A DNA stretch of 60,589 nucleotides, the filler included. It is 9 parts of 9 records of this genome, joined end to end, with 100 filler letters (N's around TTAATTAATTAA, not from the genome) between each part and the next. Parts side by side here need not be neighbours in the genome. Positions count along the whole stretch, not along the records: positions 1 to 6,480 come from SRR31156797_108902; positions 6,581 to 13,152 come from SRR31156797_109146; 7 more parts are not named here. One strand, given 5' to 3'. Each line of letters starts with the position of its first letter. The first letter of the stretch is position 1. Position numbers and translations under genes: made by a program. The notes beneath the pieces were generated by a model that saw nothing but the letters and a program-made list of their open reading frames with translations, made no database searches and was not told the DNA's origin. This document shows positions 1 to 9,674 of this stretch, piece after piece.

Positions 1-1
1 A

Positions 2-1216
2 ACGATCGCGAACTGCGGGGTCACTGGCTGGATCGTCACTGACACCGCTATTCGGGTGGGCGGCCTGGTTGGGTATAACGGAGGGACCATCACCAACTGC
101 TTTTTCAATGGGTGGATCAGCGGTGGCTGGGAACAGGCCGAGGTTGAGTCTGACGGCTTTCTGCCTTGTATCGGTGGATTGGTAGCCCAGAACGCCGGTT
201 CAATTGCCAACAGCTTTGCCGATGCCGTCATCGTTGGCCCGACCGGTCTTGGAGGCCTGGTAGGTTACAACACCGGAACGATTAGGAATGCCTATGCGAT
301 GTCGTGGGTGCTGGGGGAAGCCGGATGCGGTGGATTGGTATCCGTCAACAGTGGCACGCTGTATCGCTGCTACGCTATCGGCAGGGTTACCGGCGAGCTA
401 CGGGGAGGATTGCTGGGGTTAGGTGGCATTTATGAAGGGAAGGCCATCGAATGTCTCTGGGACACGGAGACTACAGATTGTCCAACCAGCGGTGCCGGAA
501 CAGGCTACGCCTATTTCGATTGGGGTGCGCCCGATGTCCTGGCGCTCTGTGGCTGGACTGGTGATCCGAACTGGGTGGTCGTGAATGAGTATGGCCTCGT
601 TGGGAGTTATCCTCGACTGACTTGGGAGGGCACGGATGGGGAGACGGTCCCACAACCGCCACCGTTCTGGGGTCCTGCTGGCGATGGCACCGAGAGTGAT
701 CCGTACGTGATTGCCACAAGAGATGCCCTCTTGCGCCTGTGTAGGGCCCCTGTCTATTGGGACAAGCATTTCGTTCTTGCTGAAGATCTCGACCTTCGCT
801 TCAACCAGGACTTCTCTCCTATCGGGGTTTGTCAGGGCGCCAGCTTCTCGGGGACATTTGATGGGAATGGACATGTGATCCGCAACGTGGTCTTCGATCC
901 TTCATACTCCGACAAGCCGACAGTGTGGAACCTGGGACTGTTCGGATACATGACGGGGGAAGTCCGGAATCTCCGTCTGGAGGATGTCCGGTTTTATGGA
1001 GGGGCGAATTCCCAACGGGTGGGGTTGCTGGCGGGTACCTCTGAAGGTCTGGTCGATAATTGCTCCGCGACGGGATCCATTGCCGTCGGCGCAAATAGCC
1101 GGTTCCTAGGTGAACTGATTGGCCTCAATGGGGGGGACGTACGCGAGTGCGACGCGACCGCCACCATAGAGGCAGGGGAGGGCAGCACCTACATAGGCGG
1201 GCTGGTAGGCCTGTAG
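2..1216 (+). CDS. GLUG-motif repeat protein, likely secreted/surface (5' truncated)
   Basis: Frame is open from position 2. Repeated GGLVGYN/GGLVAQN/GGLVSVN/GELIGLN motifs plus GDGTESDPYVI and FSGTFDGNGHVI motifs typical of GLUG proteins. Confidence 0.8.
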   Translation, partial: TIANCGVTGWIVTDTAIRVGGLVGYNGGTITNCFFNGWISGGWEQAEVESDGFLPCIGGLVAQNAGSIANSFADAVIVGPTGLGGLVGYNTGTIRNAYAMSWVLGEAGCGGLVSVNSGTLYRCYAIGRVTGELRGGLLGLGGIYEGKAIECLWDTETTDCPTSGAGTGYAYFDWGAPDVLALCGWTGDPNWVVVNEYGLVGSYPRLTWEGTDGETVPQPPPFWGPAGDGTESDPYVIATRDALLRLCRAPVYWDKHFVLAEDLDLRFNQDFSPIGVCQGASFSGTFDGNGHVIRNVVFDPSYSDKPTVWNLGLFGYMTGEVRNLRLEDVRFYGGANSQRVGLLAGTSEGLVDNCSATGSIAVGANSRFLGELIGLNGGDVRECDATATIEAGEGSTYIGGLVGL

Positions 1217-1250
1217 CCGTGGCAGTCCTTTGGGTGCGCTAGCCGAGATT

Positions 1251-2036
1251 CTATTCCATATGGATGACGTTGCGGACTCTGTCGGCTTCGAGGCCGGCTT
1301 CTTTGAGGATGTCGTAGAGGTAGCGGCAGTCGGGGACCTTGACGAAGTCGAATTGGGGATCGGAATCGTCTTTGGTGGTCAGGCGCACAGTGCCGATGCC
1401 CAGAATGGACTCGATCAGCGAGCGGCGCAGCTTCAGGTCGATCACGCGGAACATGTCGATGTTGTCCACCTGGCGATCGAAGATGCCGCGCGACCATTCG
1501 ATGCGGTCGGGTGTCACTTCATAGTAGATGCTCTTCAGCGCGACGATCCGACCGGCCAGCACCAACACGGCCAGCCCGGCCAGGGCCAGCGCGCCGAGAT
1601 CGATCCAGGCCTCGATCTGCGTCAGCCGTTCGGCGGCAACCGGAGTGGCGGAGAGGAATTTGTCGGCATACGCAAAGAGGCTCGTGACGGGGAACTGAAA
1701 GACCGCCCAGCACAGGGCCACGGCGACACTCGTCTTGAGGAACTTGCCTGCCAGGGCCAGAACGCTGGGCCGTCCATACCACAGGACATCGTCTTCCGTT
1801 TCATCGTCGACCGCTTCCTCCTCCAGTTCCTCCGAGTCGTCCCACTCGGTCTCATCGGATTCGGCCGCGCCGAACTTGGCCTCCGTGGCCCGGCGGTCGC
1901 CGTAGAGGAACTCGCCGCAGTAGCGACACTTGACCGCCTGGTAGCGGATCGTCTCGGCACAGAACGGGCAGGCCTTGCTTCGGTGCCGGCTTCGTGGCAG
2001 CAATGGTGTCATTTCTGCTTGTCTGGGCATCGCCAT
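1251..2036 (-). CDS. Zinc-ribbon + membrane-anchored bacterial PH (bPH_2) domain protein
   Basis: N-terminal CPFC..CRYC, acidic linker, two hydrophobic helices, then YEVTPDRIEWSRGIFDRQVDNIDMFRVIDL..LGIGTV, typical of bPH_2. Confidence 0.75.
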   Translation of the reverse strand: MAMPRQAEMTPLLPRSRHRSKACPFCAETIRYQAVKCRYCGEFLYGDRRATEAKFGAAESDETEWDDSEELEEEAVDDETEDDVLWYGRPSVLALAGKFLKTSVAVALCWAVFQFPVTSLFAYADKFLSATPVAAERLTQIEAWIDLGALALAGLAVLVLAGRIVALKSIYYEVTPDRIEWSRGIFDRQVDNIDMFRVIDLKLRRSLIESILGIGTVRLTTKDDSDPQFDFVKVPDCRYLYDILKEAGLEADRVRNVIHME

Positions 2037-2296
2037 GTCATCCCAAAGTCGTCTGCGAGAGTGTCTGGCGCTTCATTGCGGGCCAGAGACAGCGCATACC
2101 CTTTATCGGCCATCGCGGGTCGGTGGGGCCAATAGTCGGCTGCTTGGCGAGACATTTTTCAGTTATCGGGCCCTGGGGGGCATTCTGACCGCGGCAACCA
2201 CCGACGAACCGTGCCGATCGTTCTGGTGAGTTCCGAAATTGGAGAGCCGTGGTATGCTCAACGAACACAAGACATCGCCAACGCCGACCATGTCTT

Positions 2297-3766
2297 CTAT
2301 CTGCGCCTGCCTCGACGGCGCCCCCCCTGACGTCCCTTGGGCGGAGTCGTCCGTTGACGGCTGTCGGTCTGAGTCGAGTCGGCCTCTGTTCTCTTCGGTT
2401 TGGGGACGCGGGCGAGCAGGTCTTCGTCGGGCATCGAACATTTCAGCGGGTTGCCGATGTACTTCTCGATATCGGGGATGATGAAGGATTCATCCTCACA
2501 GGCGAAAGAGATCGCGGTACCGGCCACGCCGGCCCGGCCGGTGCGGCCAATGCGATGCACGTAGTCTTCCGCCTCGTAGGGGAACTCGTAGTTGACTACC
2601 AAGCCAATGTCCTTGACGTGCAACCCACGCCCGGCCACGTCGGTGGCCACCACGATTTTGATCTCACCGGTGCGGAAGGCTTCCAGGATGCGCAGGCGTT
2701 TCTTCTGCGGGACGGCACCCGACAGCAATTCGCAGGGGATGTCGTGTCTCTTCAGCTTGGAGACCAGCGCCTGCGTGTGGTCGCGCCGGTTGCCGAAGAT
2801 CAGCGTCCGGTTGTCGTCGCGCTTCTGAAGAATGTTGTAGAGCAGCTTGAACTTGTCCCGGGACGTGACGATGTAGACGATCTGGTCGACGGTCTCGACC
2901 GCCACTTGCTCCGGTTCGACCTCGCAGATGACCGGATCGGGCATCCACTGGCCCGCCAGGCGCAGCACATCCTCGGTCAGCGTGGCGCTGAACAGCATCG
3001 TGCGCCGTTTTCCCTTGGGCGGGGTGTTGCGGATGATCCGCTTGACGTCGGGGATGAAGCCCATATCCAGCATGCGATCGGCTTCGTCGATCACCAGGAA
3101 TTCGATCTGCTTGAGGTCGATGAGCTTGCGGCGGACGAAATCCAGCAGCCGGCCCGGCGTCGCGACGATCAGGTCGACCGGTCGCTTGTCGAGCCGATTC
3201 TTCTGCTTCTTGACTTCCAGCCCGCCGTAGATCGCGATGGAATTGAACCGGCAGTACTTGCCCAGGTCTTCGGCGTCCTTGACGATCTGGATCGCCAGTT
3301 CCCTCGTGGGCGCCAGGACCAGGGCCCGCGGCGTTCCGATGGGCCGCTCCCCCTGGATGGGCTCCCGCAGGAACTTGCTGAACATCGTGATCAGGAAGGC
3401 GGCGGTCTTGCCCGTACCGGTCTGAGCCCGACCCGATACGTTACGCCCGGCGTGGACGTGGAGCAGGGTCTTGGCCTGGATCGGCGTGCAGTACTTGAAC
3501 CCCAGGTCCGCGATGGCATGCATGATGCGATCGGGCAACTCCAGGTCGTGGAATCGGGTCTCGCCTTCCTTTTCCGGGACCTGGAACTGATCGATGTTCC
3601 AGGACGGTTTCTTCTTGCGCTGTCGCTTGGGGCGCTCTTTCGGAGAACTGGCTTCAGCCGGTACGGTCTCTGCCTCGTTCAAACTCTCAGTCTGACCTGC
3701 CGGCTGCGGGTCCACTTCACCTTCTGCGGTGGTATCGTTACGTGATTCTTCGTTCATGTGACGCAT
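2297..3766 (-). CDS. rhlB: DEAD-box ATP-dependent RNA helicase, RhlB-like
   Basis: AQTGTGKT, PTRELA, TPGRL, DEAD, SAT and HRIGRTGR motifs; N-terminal EGETRFHDL resembles RhlB; Arg-rich tail. Confidence 0.85.
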   Translation of the reverse strand: MRHMNEESRNDTTAEGEVDPQPAGQTESLNEAETVPAEASSPKERPKRQRKKKPSWNIDQFQVPEKEGETRFHDLELPDRIMHAIADLGFKYCTPIQAKTLLHVHAGRNVSGRAQTGTGKTAAFLITMFSKFLREPIQGERPIGTPRALVLAPTRELAIQIVKDAEDLGKYCRFNSIAIYGGLEVKKQKNRLDKRPVDLIVATPGRLLDFVRRKLIDLKQIEFLVIDEADRMLDMGFIPDVKRIIRNTPPKGKRRTMLFSATLTEDVLRLAGQWMPDPVICEVEPEQVAVETVDQIVYIVTSRDKFKLLYNILQKRDDNRTLIFGNRRDHTQALVSKLKRHDIPCELLSGAVPQKKRLRILEAFRTGEIKIVVATDVAGRGLHVKDIGLVVNYEFPYEAEDYVHRIGRTGRAGVAGTAISFACEDESFIIPDIEKYIGNPLKCSMPDEDLLARVPKPKRTEADSTQTDSRQRTTPPKGRQGGRRRGRRR

Positions 3767-3945
3767 TGAACAACAGAATCCGTTCGAATGCGAGAAAAAA
3801 GGCCCGCCTCAGAGCAATAAGATGACGCAGGCGTCAAGAAACTTGCGATGGCGGGGCACGATGGTATGCTGTTGGGTGGTCGATGGTCGCTTGCGGGGCC
3901 ATGGGAGAAACCGTCAGCAGGCATGGCATATGAGAGGGCTCGATA

Positions 3946-5301
3946 ATGACTGCATCACAATCGCACCATTTCGCCGGTTCGAAGTCACGCCGCGATTTCC
4001 TGAAACTGTCGGGCCAGGTCACGGCGGCGTCGATCCTGGGCGGGATCGGTCCGCGTCTCTACGCCGGCGAGAACAGCACAATCAGACTTGCACTCGTGGG
4101 TTGCGGCGGGCGGGGGACCGGTGCGGTGGCCGACGCCTTTGCCGCCACGGGTGGCCCGGTCCAACTGGTGGCGATGGCCGATCTGTTCGAGCCGCGCCTG
4201 GCGAGCAGTCTGGAGAACCTCAAGGGCATTGCACCGGAGAAGATCGACGTGCCCCCCGAACGGCAGTTCGTCGGCTTCGAGGCCTATAGGAAGGCGATCG
4301 ATTGCCTCAGTCCGGGCGACGTCGTGCTCTTGACCACGCATGCGGCCTTTCGCCCGATGATGTTCGAGTACGCCGTGAGCAAGGGCATCAACGTGTTTGC
4401 GGAAAAATCGTTCGCCACCGATGCGCCCAACGTCCGCCGCTGGTTCAGAGCCGCCGAGGCATCCGAGAAGAAGGGCCTCAAGGTGGGGGTCGGCTTCATG
4501 TGGCGCCATTCCCAGGCCCGGCAGGAAACGATCAAACGCATCCACGACGGTGCCATCGGCGACGTCCACACCCTGCGCATCTACCGCGTCCATGGCCCGG
4601 TCCAGTGCCCGCCGCTGCCGGCCGGCGCCAACGAGATCGCCTTCCAACTCCAGCACCCCAACAGCTTCAACTGGGTCTCCTCGGGCTTCTTCATCGATTG
4701 GCATTGCCACAACGTCGACGTCGCCTGCTGGGCCAAGGGCGCCTGGCCGGTCTCGGCCCAGGGCTTCGGCGGACGCTGCTATAAGGAAGCGGGCAGCCAA
4801 TTCGATCACTACACCGTCGAATACACCTTCGCCGATGGGGCCAAGCTGTTTGCCTTCTCGCGCCACATGAACGGCTGCTGGAACACCTACGCCGACTACG
4901 CCCACGGCTCGAAAGGGTCGGCCGTCCTGATGGAGACGCTGGGCCAACCGAAATCGAAGCTTTACCGCAGCCAGGAACAGAGCCGCGCCAACCTGATCTG
5001 GCAATTCAGGGGCGACGACCCGAATCCCTATCGCGTCGAATGGCAACTCTTGCTCGATGCGATCCGCCAGGACAAGCCCCACAACGAGGCCCGCCGGGCC
5101 GGGGAGGCGGAGGTCGCCGCGATCATGGGCCGGGCCGCGACGCATACGGGCCAACTCGTTACCCGGGATCAGGTCATGGCCAGCGACTTCCAGTTCGTCA
5201 AGGACATTGACAGTTTGACGTTCGACACCGAGCCCCCCATCGGCGCCGGTCCCGACGGCCTCTACGCGGCGCCTCAGCCCGGCATCAGCAAGGAAATCTG
5301 A
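3946..5301 (+). CDS. Tat-exported Gfo/Idh/MocA family oxidoreductase
   Basis: SRRDFLK twin-arginine signal, Rossmann ALVGCGGRG, EKS motif, DWHCHNVD catalytic region. Confidence 0.88.
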   Translation: MTASQSHHFAGSKSRRDFLKLSGQVTAASILGGIGPRLYAGENSTIRLALVGCGGRGTGAVADAFAATGGPVQLVAMADLFEPRLASSLENLKGIAPEKIDVPPERQFVGFEAYRKAIDCLSPGDVVLLTTHAAFRPMMFEYAVSKGINVFAEKSFATDAPNVRRWFRAAEASEKKGLKVGVGFMWRHSQARQETIKRIHDGAIGDVHTLRIYRVHGPVQCPPLPAGANEIAFQLQHPNSFNWVSSGFFIDWHCHNVDVACWAKGAWPVSAQGFGGRCYKEAGSQFDHYTVEYTFADGAKLFAFSRHMNGCWNTYADYAHGSKGSAVLMETLGQPKSKLYRSQEQSRANLIWQFRGDDPNPYRVEWQLLLDAIRQDKPHNEARRAGEAEVAAIMGRAATHTGQLVTRDQVMASDFQFVKDIDSLTFDTEPPIGAGPDGLYAAPQPGISKEI

Positions 5302-5456
5302 ACAGGACCGCTCTTGCCGGGCCTGCTATGACATGTCGATCGTGCCTTGCGGATTGTTGCTCCGACCGTGGCGCATCTGGCCAAGGGGCGTACCGTCTGC
5401 GCGGCCCAGCCCGGGGATCTGCCGATATTCGTCGATACCGATGTGACTCATTCAAC

Positions 5457-5726
5457 TCAGGGAGACAGGAAGAAATTGAGTCGTGCGGACTCTCCCGCAC
5501 ATACCGAAACATGCCGCGTGTCTTCCGCGAATCCATCGGCGTAGATCGTGATGTCGTAGATACCTGGTACGAGGTCGTCAAGCGTATAGCAGCCCAGATC
5601 ATTGGTGACTGCCGCAAGGTCCCGGTGCGTGGGACTCCTGCCGGTGATCAGCACATTGGCCTCGGGCACAGGCTCGCCCTCGGGGCTACGGACATATCCA
5701 GTTACAGACCCATTCTGCATAGACAC
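5457..5726 (-). CDS. Stand-alone carboxypeptidase-regulatory-like (prealbumin-fold) domain protein
   Basis: VTGYVRSPEGEPVPEANVLI..TNDLGCYTLDDLVPGIYDITIYADGF matches the CarboxypepD_reg pattern. Confidence 0.7.
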   Translation of the reverse strand: MSMQNGSVTGYVRSPEGEPVPEANVLITGRSPTHRDLAAVTNDLGCYTLDDLVPGIYDITIYADGFAEDTRHVSVCAGESARLNFFLSP

Positions 5727-5829
5727 AATCCCTTAACCGGTCTCCGGCTGCATGGCTTCCCGCAGGATTTCCGTCATGAGCGAGACATCGTCCTGAGATG
5801 CCCTGTTATCGTGGCTCTGTCCGGGCCGG

Positions 5830-6480
5830 CTACGAGCCCTTCTGCTTCCACTTCTTAATATTCTCGAATACCGGCTTGGTGATGCGTGTGGCCGAATTCC
5901 CGGAGGTGGACCCATTGGTGTGGATTCCGACGGCATGCCGCTTGCCGTTCTTCAGTCGCCACACGGGCGATCCACTTTGGCCGCCGGCGGTGTCAATATT
6001 GTACACGATTGTTCTGGCGGTGACCCATTTACTTCGTCGTGCATGCCACCATTGGGTGCCCGAAGGCTTGTCGCCGGGATACCCGGACAGATTGACCTTG
6101 AGCCCCAAGAGCGAGGCGTAGCTGAGGTTGGCATAGCCAAACCAGCCTACCCGATTGCCCATGCGGCAATTGGACGGCAGAATGATCGCGCCGTAATCAT
6201 GGGAGCGTTTCTTCTTGTTCGTCCAGCCTTTGACGCTGCAAAAGCAGGTCGCTGCGCAGGAGCCGTAGGGCCGCCTCGAACCGTTGCGGCCGGGAACGAC
6301 TTCAATCCGGCGCACCCATCCCCCACGCCCGTGCATATACACACAGTGTCCGGCCGTGATGACCGTGCCGGGGCCGACGAGCCAGCCGGTGCCGCGCCAA
6401 CCACTGCCATCCTTGGCCGTGATCAGGAGCGAGCAGATGGTTCGCCAGGGATAGGCCGTGGTGTTGTGAACCTGAATGCG
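5830..6480 (-). CDS. Trypsin-like (V8/glutamyl endopeptidase-type) serine protease (5' truncated)
   Basis: Frame is open to the contig edge (RIQVHNTTAYPWRTICSL..). Intact TAGHC, HDYG and GQSGSP triad motifs. Confidence 0.88.
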   Translation of the reverse strand, partial: RIQVHNTTAYPWRTICSLLITAKDGSGWRGTGWLVGPGTVITAGHCVYMHGRGGWVRRIEVVPGRNGSRRPYGSCAATCFCSVKGWTNKKKRSHDYGAIILPSNCRMGNRVGWFGYANLSYASLLGLKVNLSGYPGDKPSGTQWWHARRSKWVTARTIVYNIDTAGGQSGSPVWRLKNGKRHAVGIHTNGSTSGNSATRITKPVFENIKKWKQKGS

Positions 6481-6580
6481 NNNNNNNNNNNNNNNNNNNN
6501 NNNNNNNNNNNNNNNNNNNNNNNNTTAATTAATTAANNNNNNNNNNNNNNNNNNNNNNNNNNNNNNNNNNNNNNNNNNNN
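6481..6580. other. Artificial contig spacer
   Basis: N44-TTAATTAATTAA-N44; the 12-mer puts stops in all six frames; identical in all eight copies. Confidence 0.98.
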
Positions 6581-6600
6581 TTCCCAAATCAAGAGGGGTT

Positions 6601-6633
6601 GTTTCGTTTTAGGCCACCGGCCTAAAACGAAAC
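6601..6633. repeat. Perfect 15-bp inverted repeat (REP-like hairpin)
   Basis: GTTTCGTTTTAGGCC-ACC-GGCCTAAAACGAAAC. Confidence 0.8.
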
Positions 6634-6682
6634 TGAGCGCTGAGCACTGAGATGATGAGAAATGATATTTGACATGATGCTT

Positions 6683-6740
6683 TGACAGGACACCCCGACA
6701 CTCCCACACCCCGATACTCCCACACCCCGCAATCTTGTCA
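6683..6740. repeat. 16-bp tandem repeat (alternating octamers) bracketed by an 8-bp inverted repeat
   Basis: CCCCGACA CTCCCACA CCCCGATA CTCCCACA CCCCGCAA (6693-6732), flanked by TGACAGGA and TCTTGTCA. Confidence 0.7.
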
Positions 6741-6827
6741 CTGACTTTAAATCCAAATCATTTGAAATATATTGGACTTTGTTAAAAATAATCGTAAGAT
6801 TTGCGTTCGTCGAAAATAAGGAGTAGT

Positions 6828-8255
6828 ATGAAGTTCAAACCGCAGACATATCGCATCCCCGATGAAGCGATGAAACCCTTTATCGATCCTGAAGAGATCC
6901 ATGAAATAATGGATCGGCCGAAACCGACATCTGAACAAGTACGGAACATCATAAAAAAATCGTTAAGCAAAGAACGGCTTTCACTTGAAGAGACTGCGGA
7001 TCTGCTGAATGCGGACGATCCCGAGCTGATCGAAGAGATCAAAGCCGGAGCACGCACGCTGAAAGAACGGATCTACGGTAATCGTATTGTTCTCTTTGCT
7101 CCTTTGTACATTGGCAACAAATGTGTGAACAACTGCAAATATTGCGGTTTCCGTGTAGCAAATACGGATCAGGTTCGAACTACTCTCTGTGATAAGGAAA
7201 TGATCCGGGAAGTTGAAGCCCTTGAAGAGAACGGCCAGAAAAGGCTGATCCTTGTCTATGGTGAGCATCCTGATTATGATGCCGAATTTATCGCCCAGAC
7301 GGTCAAGACCGTTTATCAGGTTAAAAAAGGTAATGGCGAAATACGCCGTGTCAATATCAATGCTGCACCTCTGGATATTGAAGGTTTCAAAACCGTCAAA
7401 GAATCCGGGATAGGCACCTATCAGGTCTTTCAGGAAACATATCATCCCGATACATACAAATACTATCATCCCTCCGGTCCGAAAAGTAATTTTGAATGGC
7501 GTCTGACCTCTTTGGATCGCGCCATGGAAGGCGGGATCGACGATCTTGGCATCGGCGCTTTGTTCGGTCTTTACGACTGGAAATATGAAGTCCTTGCACT
7601 TGTACGTCATACAAATCACTTTGAAGCCGTTTACAATATCGGGCCACACACCATTTCTTTTCCGCGCATCAAAGCTGCTGCCGGAACTGAGGTTAAGCCC
7701 GAATACGAAGTCAGCGATGAAAATTTTGTCCGCTTGATCGCCATTCTAAGATTGGCTGTTCCCTATACCGGCATGATCCTCACCGCTCGCGAACCTGTAT
7801 CCGTACGTCAGGAAGCCCTGACCTTTGGCGTTTCACAGATCGACGGCGGGACAAAACTGGAACTCGGTTCCTATTCGGAAAAAGAACACGAATCACAAAA
7901 CCTGAACCGCGAACAGTTTGAGATCAATGATTCCCGTTCATTGAACGAGATCATCGAGGAACTGCTTGAGCAAGGTTATCTGCCATCATTCTGTACCGGT
8001 TGTTACCGTGTGGGACGAACCGGTGAACATTTCATGGAATTCTCCGTACCCGGTTTCATCAAACGCTACTGTACTCCCAATGCCATGCTCACCCTTGCAG
8101 AATATCTTGAAGATTACGCTCCGGAAAAAACCCAGAATATGGGCTGGTCACTTATCGAAAAAGAACTGCAAAAAATGGAAGATAAAGTAACGGAAAAAGA
8201 AACGCGTCTTCGCTTGGAAAGAGTGAAAAACGGGGAACGGGATCTGTTCTTTTAA
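6828..8255 (+). CDS. hydG: [FeFe]-hydrogenase H-cluster radical SAM maturase HydG
   Basis: LFAPLY..CVNNCKYC radical SAM motif, FQETYH, GPHTISFPR, and C-terminal CxxCx22C (CTGC..RYC) auxiliary-cluster motif that separates HydG from ThiH; AAGGAG RBS before ATG 6828. Confidence 0.93.
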   Translation: MKFKPQTYRIPDEAMKPFIDPEEIHEIMDRPKPTSEQVRNIIKKSLSKERLSLEETADLLNADDPELIEEIKAGARTLKERIYGNRIVLFAPLYIGNKCVNNCKYCGFRVANTDQVRTTLCDKEMIREVEALEENGQKRLILVYGEHPDYDAEFIAQTVKTVYQVKKGNGEIRRVNINAAPLDIEGFKTVKESGIGTYQVFQETYHPDTYKYYHPSGPKSNFEWRLTSLDRAMEGGIDDLGIGALFGLYDWKYEVLALVRHTNHFEAVYNIGPHTISFPRIKAAAGTEVKPEYEVSDENFVRLIAILRLAVPYTGMILTAREPVSVRQEALTFGVSQIDGGTKLELGSYSEKEHESQNLNREQFEINDSRSLNEIIEELLEQGYLPSFCTGCYRVGRTGEHFMEFSVPGFIKRYCTPNAMLTLAEYLEDYAPEKTQNMGWSLIEKELQKMEDKVTEKETRLRLERVKNGERDLFF

Positions 8256-8283
8256 CCAATAGCTAATAACGAATAATGATATG

Positions 8284-8320
8284 AGCCCCGTCCCGAAGCT
8301 TCGGGACGGGGCTTTTTTTT
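8284..8320 (+). terminator. Rho-independent terminator after hydG
   Basis: AGCCCCGTCCCGAAGCTTCGGGACGGGGCT palindrome followed by a T run. Confidence 0.85.
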
Positions 8321-8481
8321 ACGTTGAAGCATTGCCGGCCGAAGCCTTGGCGAAGGTTGGAAGCATTGAATGTACGGCACAGACATGTCTATTCCGTACA
8401 ACCTACGTTTTATACTTTTGCCTTTTTTTTATATGACATTTATCCTATATTTCACCGTGAAAATTTCTTGAGGAGAATATA

Positions 8482-9552
8482 ATGAAACGCACTCGTATTT
8501 TAGCCCCGATCCTTATCGTGATCATCGCATTTGCATTCTTTGGATGTCAGTCGCAGGAATTGACCTCGGCCAAGGTTTACATCCAACAAAAAGATTATGC
8601 TAAAGCAGAATTTAATTTCTTAACGGCATTGGACGTAGAACCGGAAAACGCGGAAGTCCCTTATTTGCTTGCTGTCGAGATCTACTCAAACAAAAACAGC
8701 GGATTGACAGATTACGTTAAGGCTAAAAAGTATTATGACGAAACCTTGAAACGTGACAAAGCATATCTTCCCGATAACATGAAACAATTCCGCACCCAGC
8801 TTTACGGTTCTTGTTTCAATGAAGCAGTCGGCGTTTACAACAAGGTTATTCGCAATGAATCCGAAGATCGCGATGCTGATCTGACAAAATCAATTCAATA
8901 CTTTGATCTTGCAACGGAACTTAACCCCAAAGACCCTAAGGCTCCCATCCAGGTTGCACGTATCTACAGCGAATTGATGAACGATAATATCAATGCTATC
9001 AAGAAATTGGATAAAGCTATTGAAAAAGCGCCCAAGAATGCTGACCTGAAAGCTGAAAAAGCACGCATCCTAGCCAAAGACGGTCGCGTTGATGAAGCGC
9101 TGATGACATTTGAAGCCGCCTTTAATGCAGATCCAAAAAATCTTGCTATCGGTCTTACTTATGCTCAGTTCCTTTTCGAACAAGCCGAATTCGAAGAAAG
9201 TGCAAACGTTTATAATAACCTTATCCTGGTTGAACCCGGTGATAAAAATCTTTATTTCAACTTGGGCCTTTGCTATCTTCGCTTAAATGACATCGAAGGT
9301 GCCAAAGATCAGTTTGAAACCGTTGTTGCATTAGATTCCGAAGATACACAGGCAATGATCATGGTCGGCCAGGTATACTTTGATCTTGAAGATTACGTAA
9401 CAGCTGAAATGTACTTCCGTCAGGCACTTGACATCGAACCTGAAAATCCCGACGTTTTGAAACGCCTTGGTGTAACTCTTACACAACAGGGTTATGTTGA
9501 AGAAGGCCTTGAGCTTTACAACAGAGGACGCGAATTGGAAGGTGGAAATTAA
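8482..9552 (+). CDS. TPR-repeat lipoprotein
   Basis: Lipobox FFGC; multiple TPR units (EPENAEV, DPKNL, EPGDKNLYFNLG, EPENPDVL); GAGGAG RBS. Confidence 0.85.
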   Translation: MKRTRILAPILIVIIAFAFFGCQSQELTSAKVYIQQKDYAKAEFNFLTALDVEPENAEVPYLLAVEIYSNKNSGLTDYVKAKKYYDETLKRDKAYLPDNMKQFRTQLYGSCFNEAVGVYNKVIRNESEDRDADLTKSIQYFDLATELNPKDPKAPIQVARIYSELMNDNINAIKKLDKAIEKAPKNADLKAEKARILAKDGRVDEALMTFEAAFNADPKNLAIGLTYAQFLFEQAEFEESANVYNNLILVEPGDKNLYFNLGLCYLRLNDIEGAKDQFETVVALDSEDTQAMIMVGQVYFDLEDYVTAEMYFRQALDIEPENPDVLKRLGVTLTQQGYVEEGLELYNRGRELEGGN

Positions 9553-9581
9553 TCCATAGGTCCAATAGTCAATAAATATTT

Positions 9582-9608
9582 AAACCCCTGATCTTTCAGG
9601 GGTTTTTT
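9582..9608 (+). terminator. Rho-independent terminator
   Basis: AAACCCCTGA-TCTT-TCAGGGGTTT followed by Ts. Confidence 0.8.
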
Positions 9609-9674
9609 ATTAGCTGTTGTTTCTTGAATATGTTTTATATAAATTGAATATATAGCATAATTGGAGGCTTATTT

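Noticed and set aside
1230-3745. Long plus-strand ORFs 1230-2135 and 2249-3745 (also 3985-5154, 17458-18753, 22946-23839, 25169-26578 opposite other genes)
   Set aside because: Antisense shadows of well-supported genes in GC-rich DNA, with no recognisable motifs.
6693-6732. Possible mini-CRISPR
   Set aside because: The units are 8/16 bp with no unique spacers, and there are no cas genes.
6828-8255. ThiH (thiazole synthesis) assignment
   Set aside because: The C-terminal CxxCx22C extension is present, which indicates HydG.
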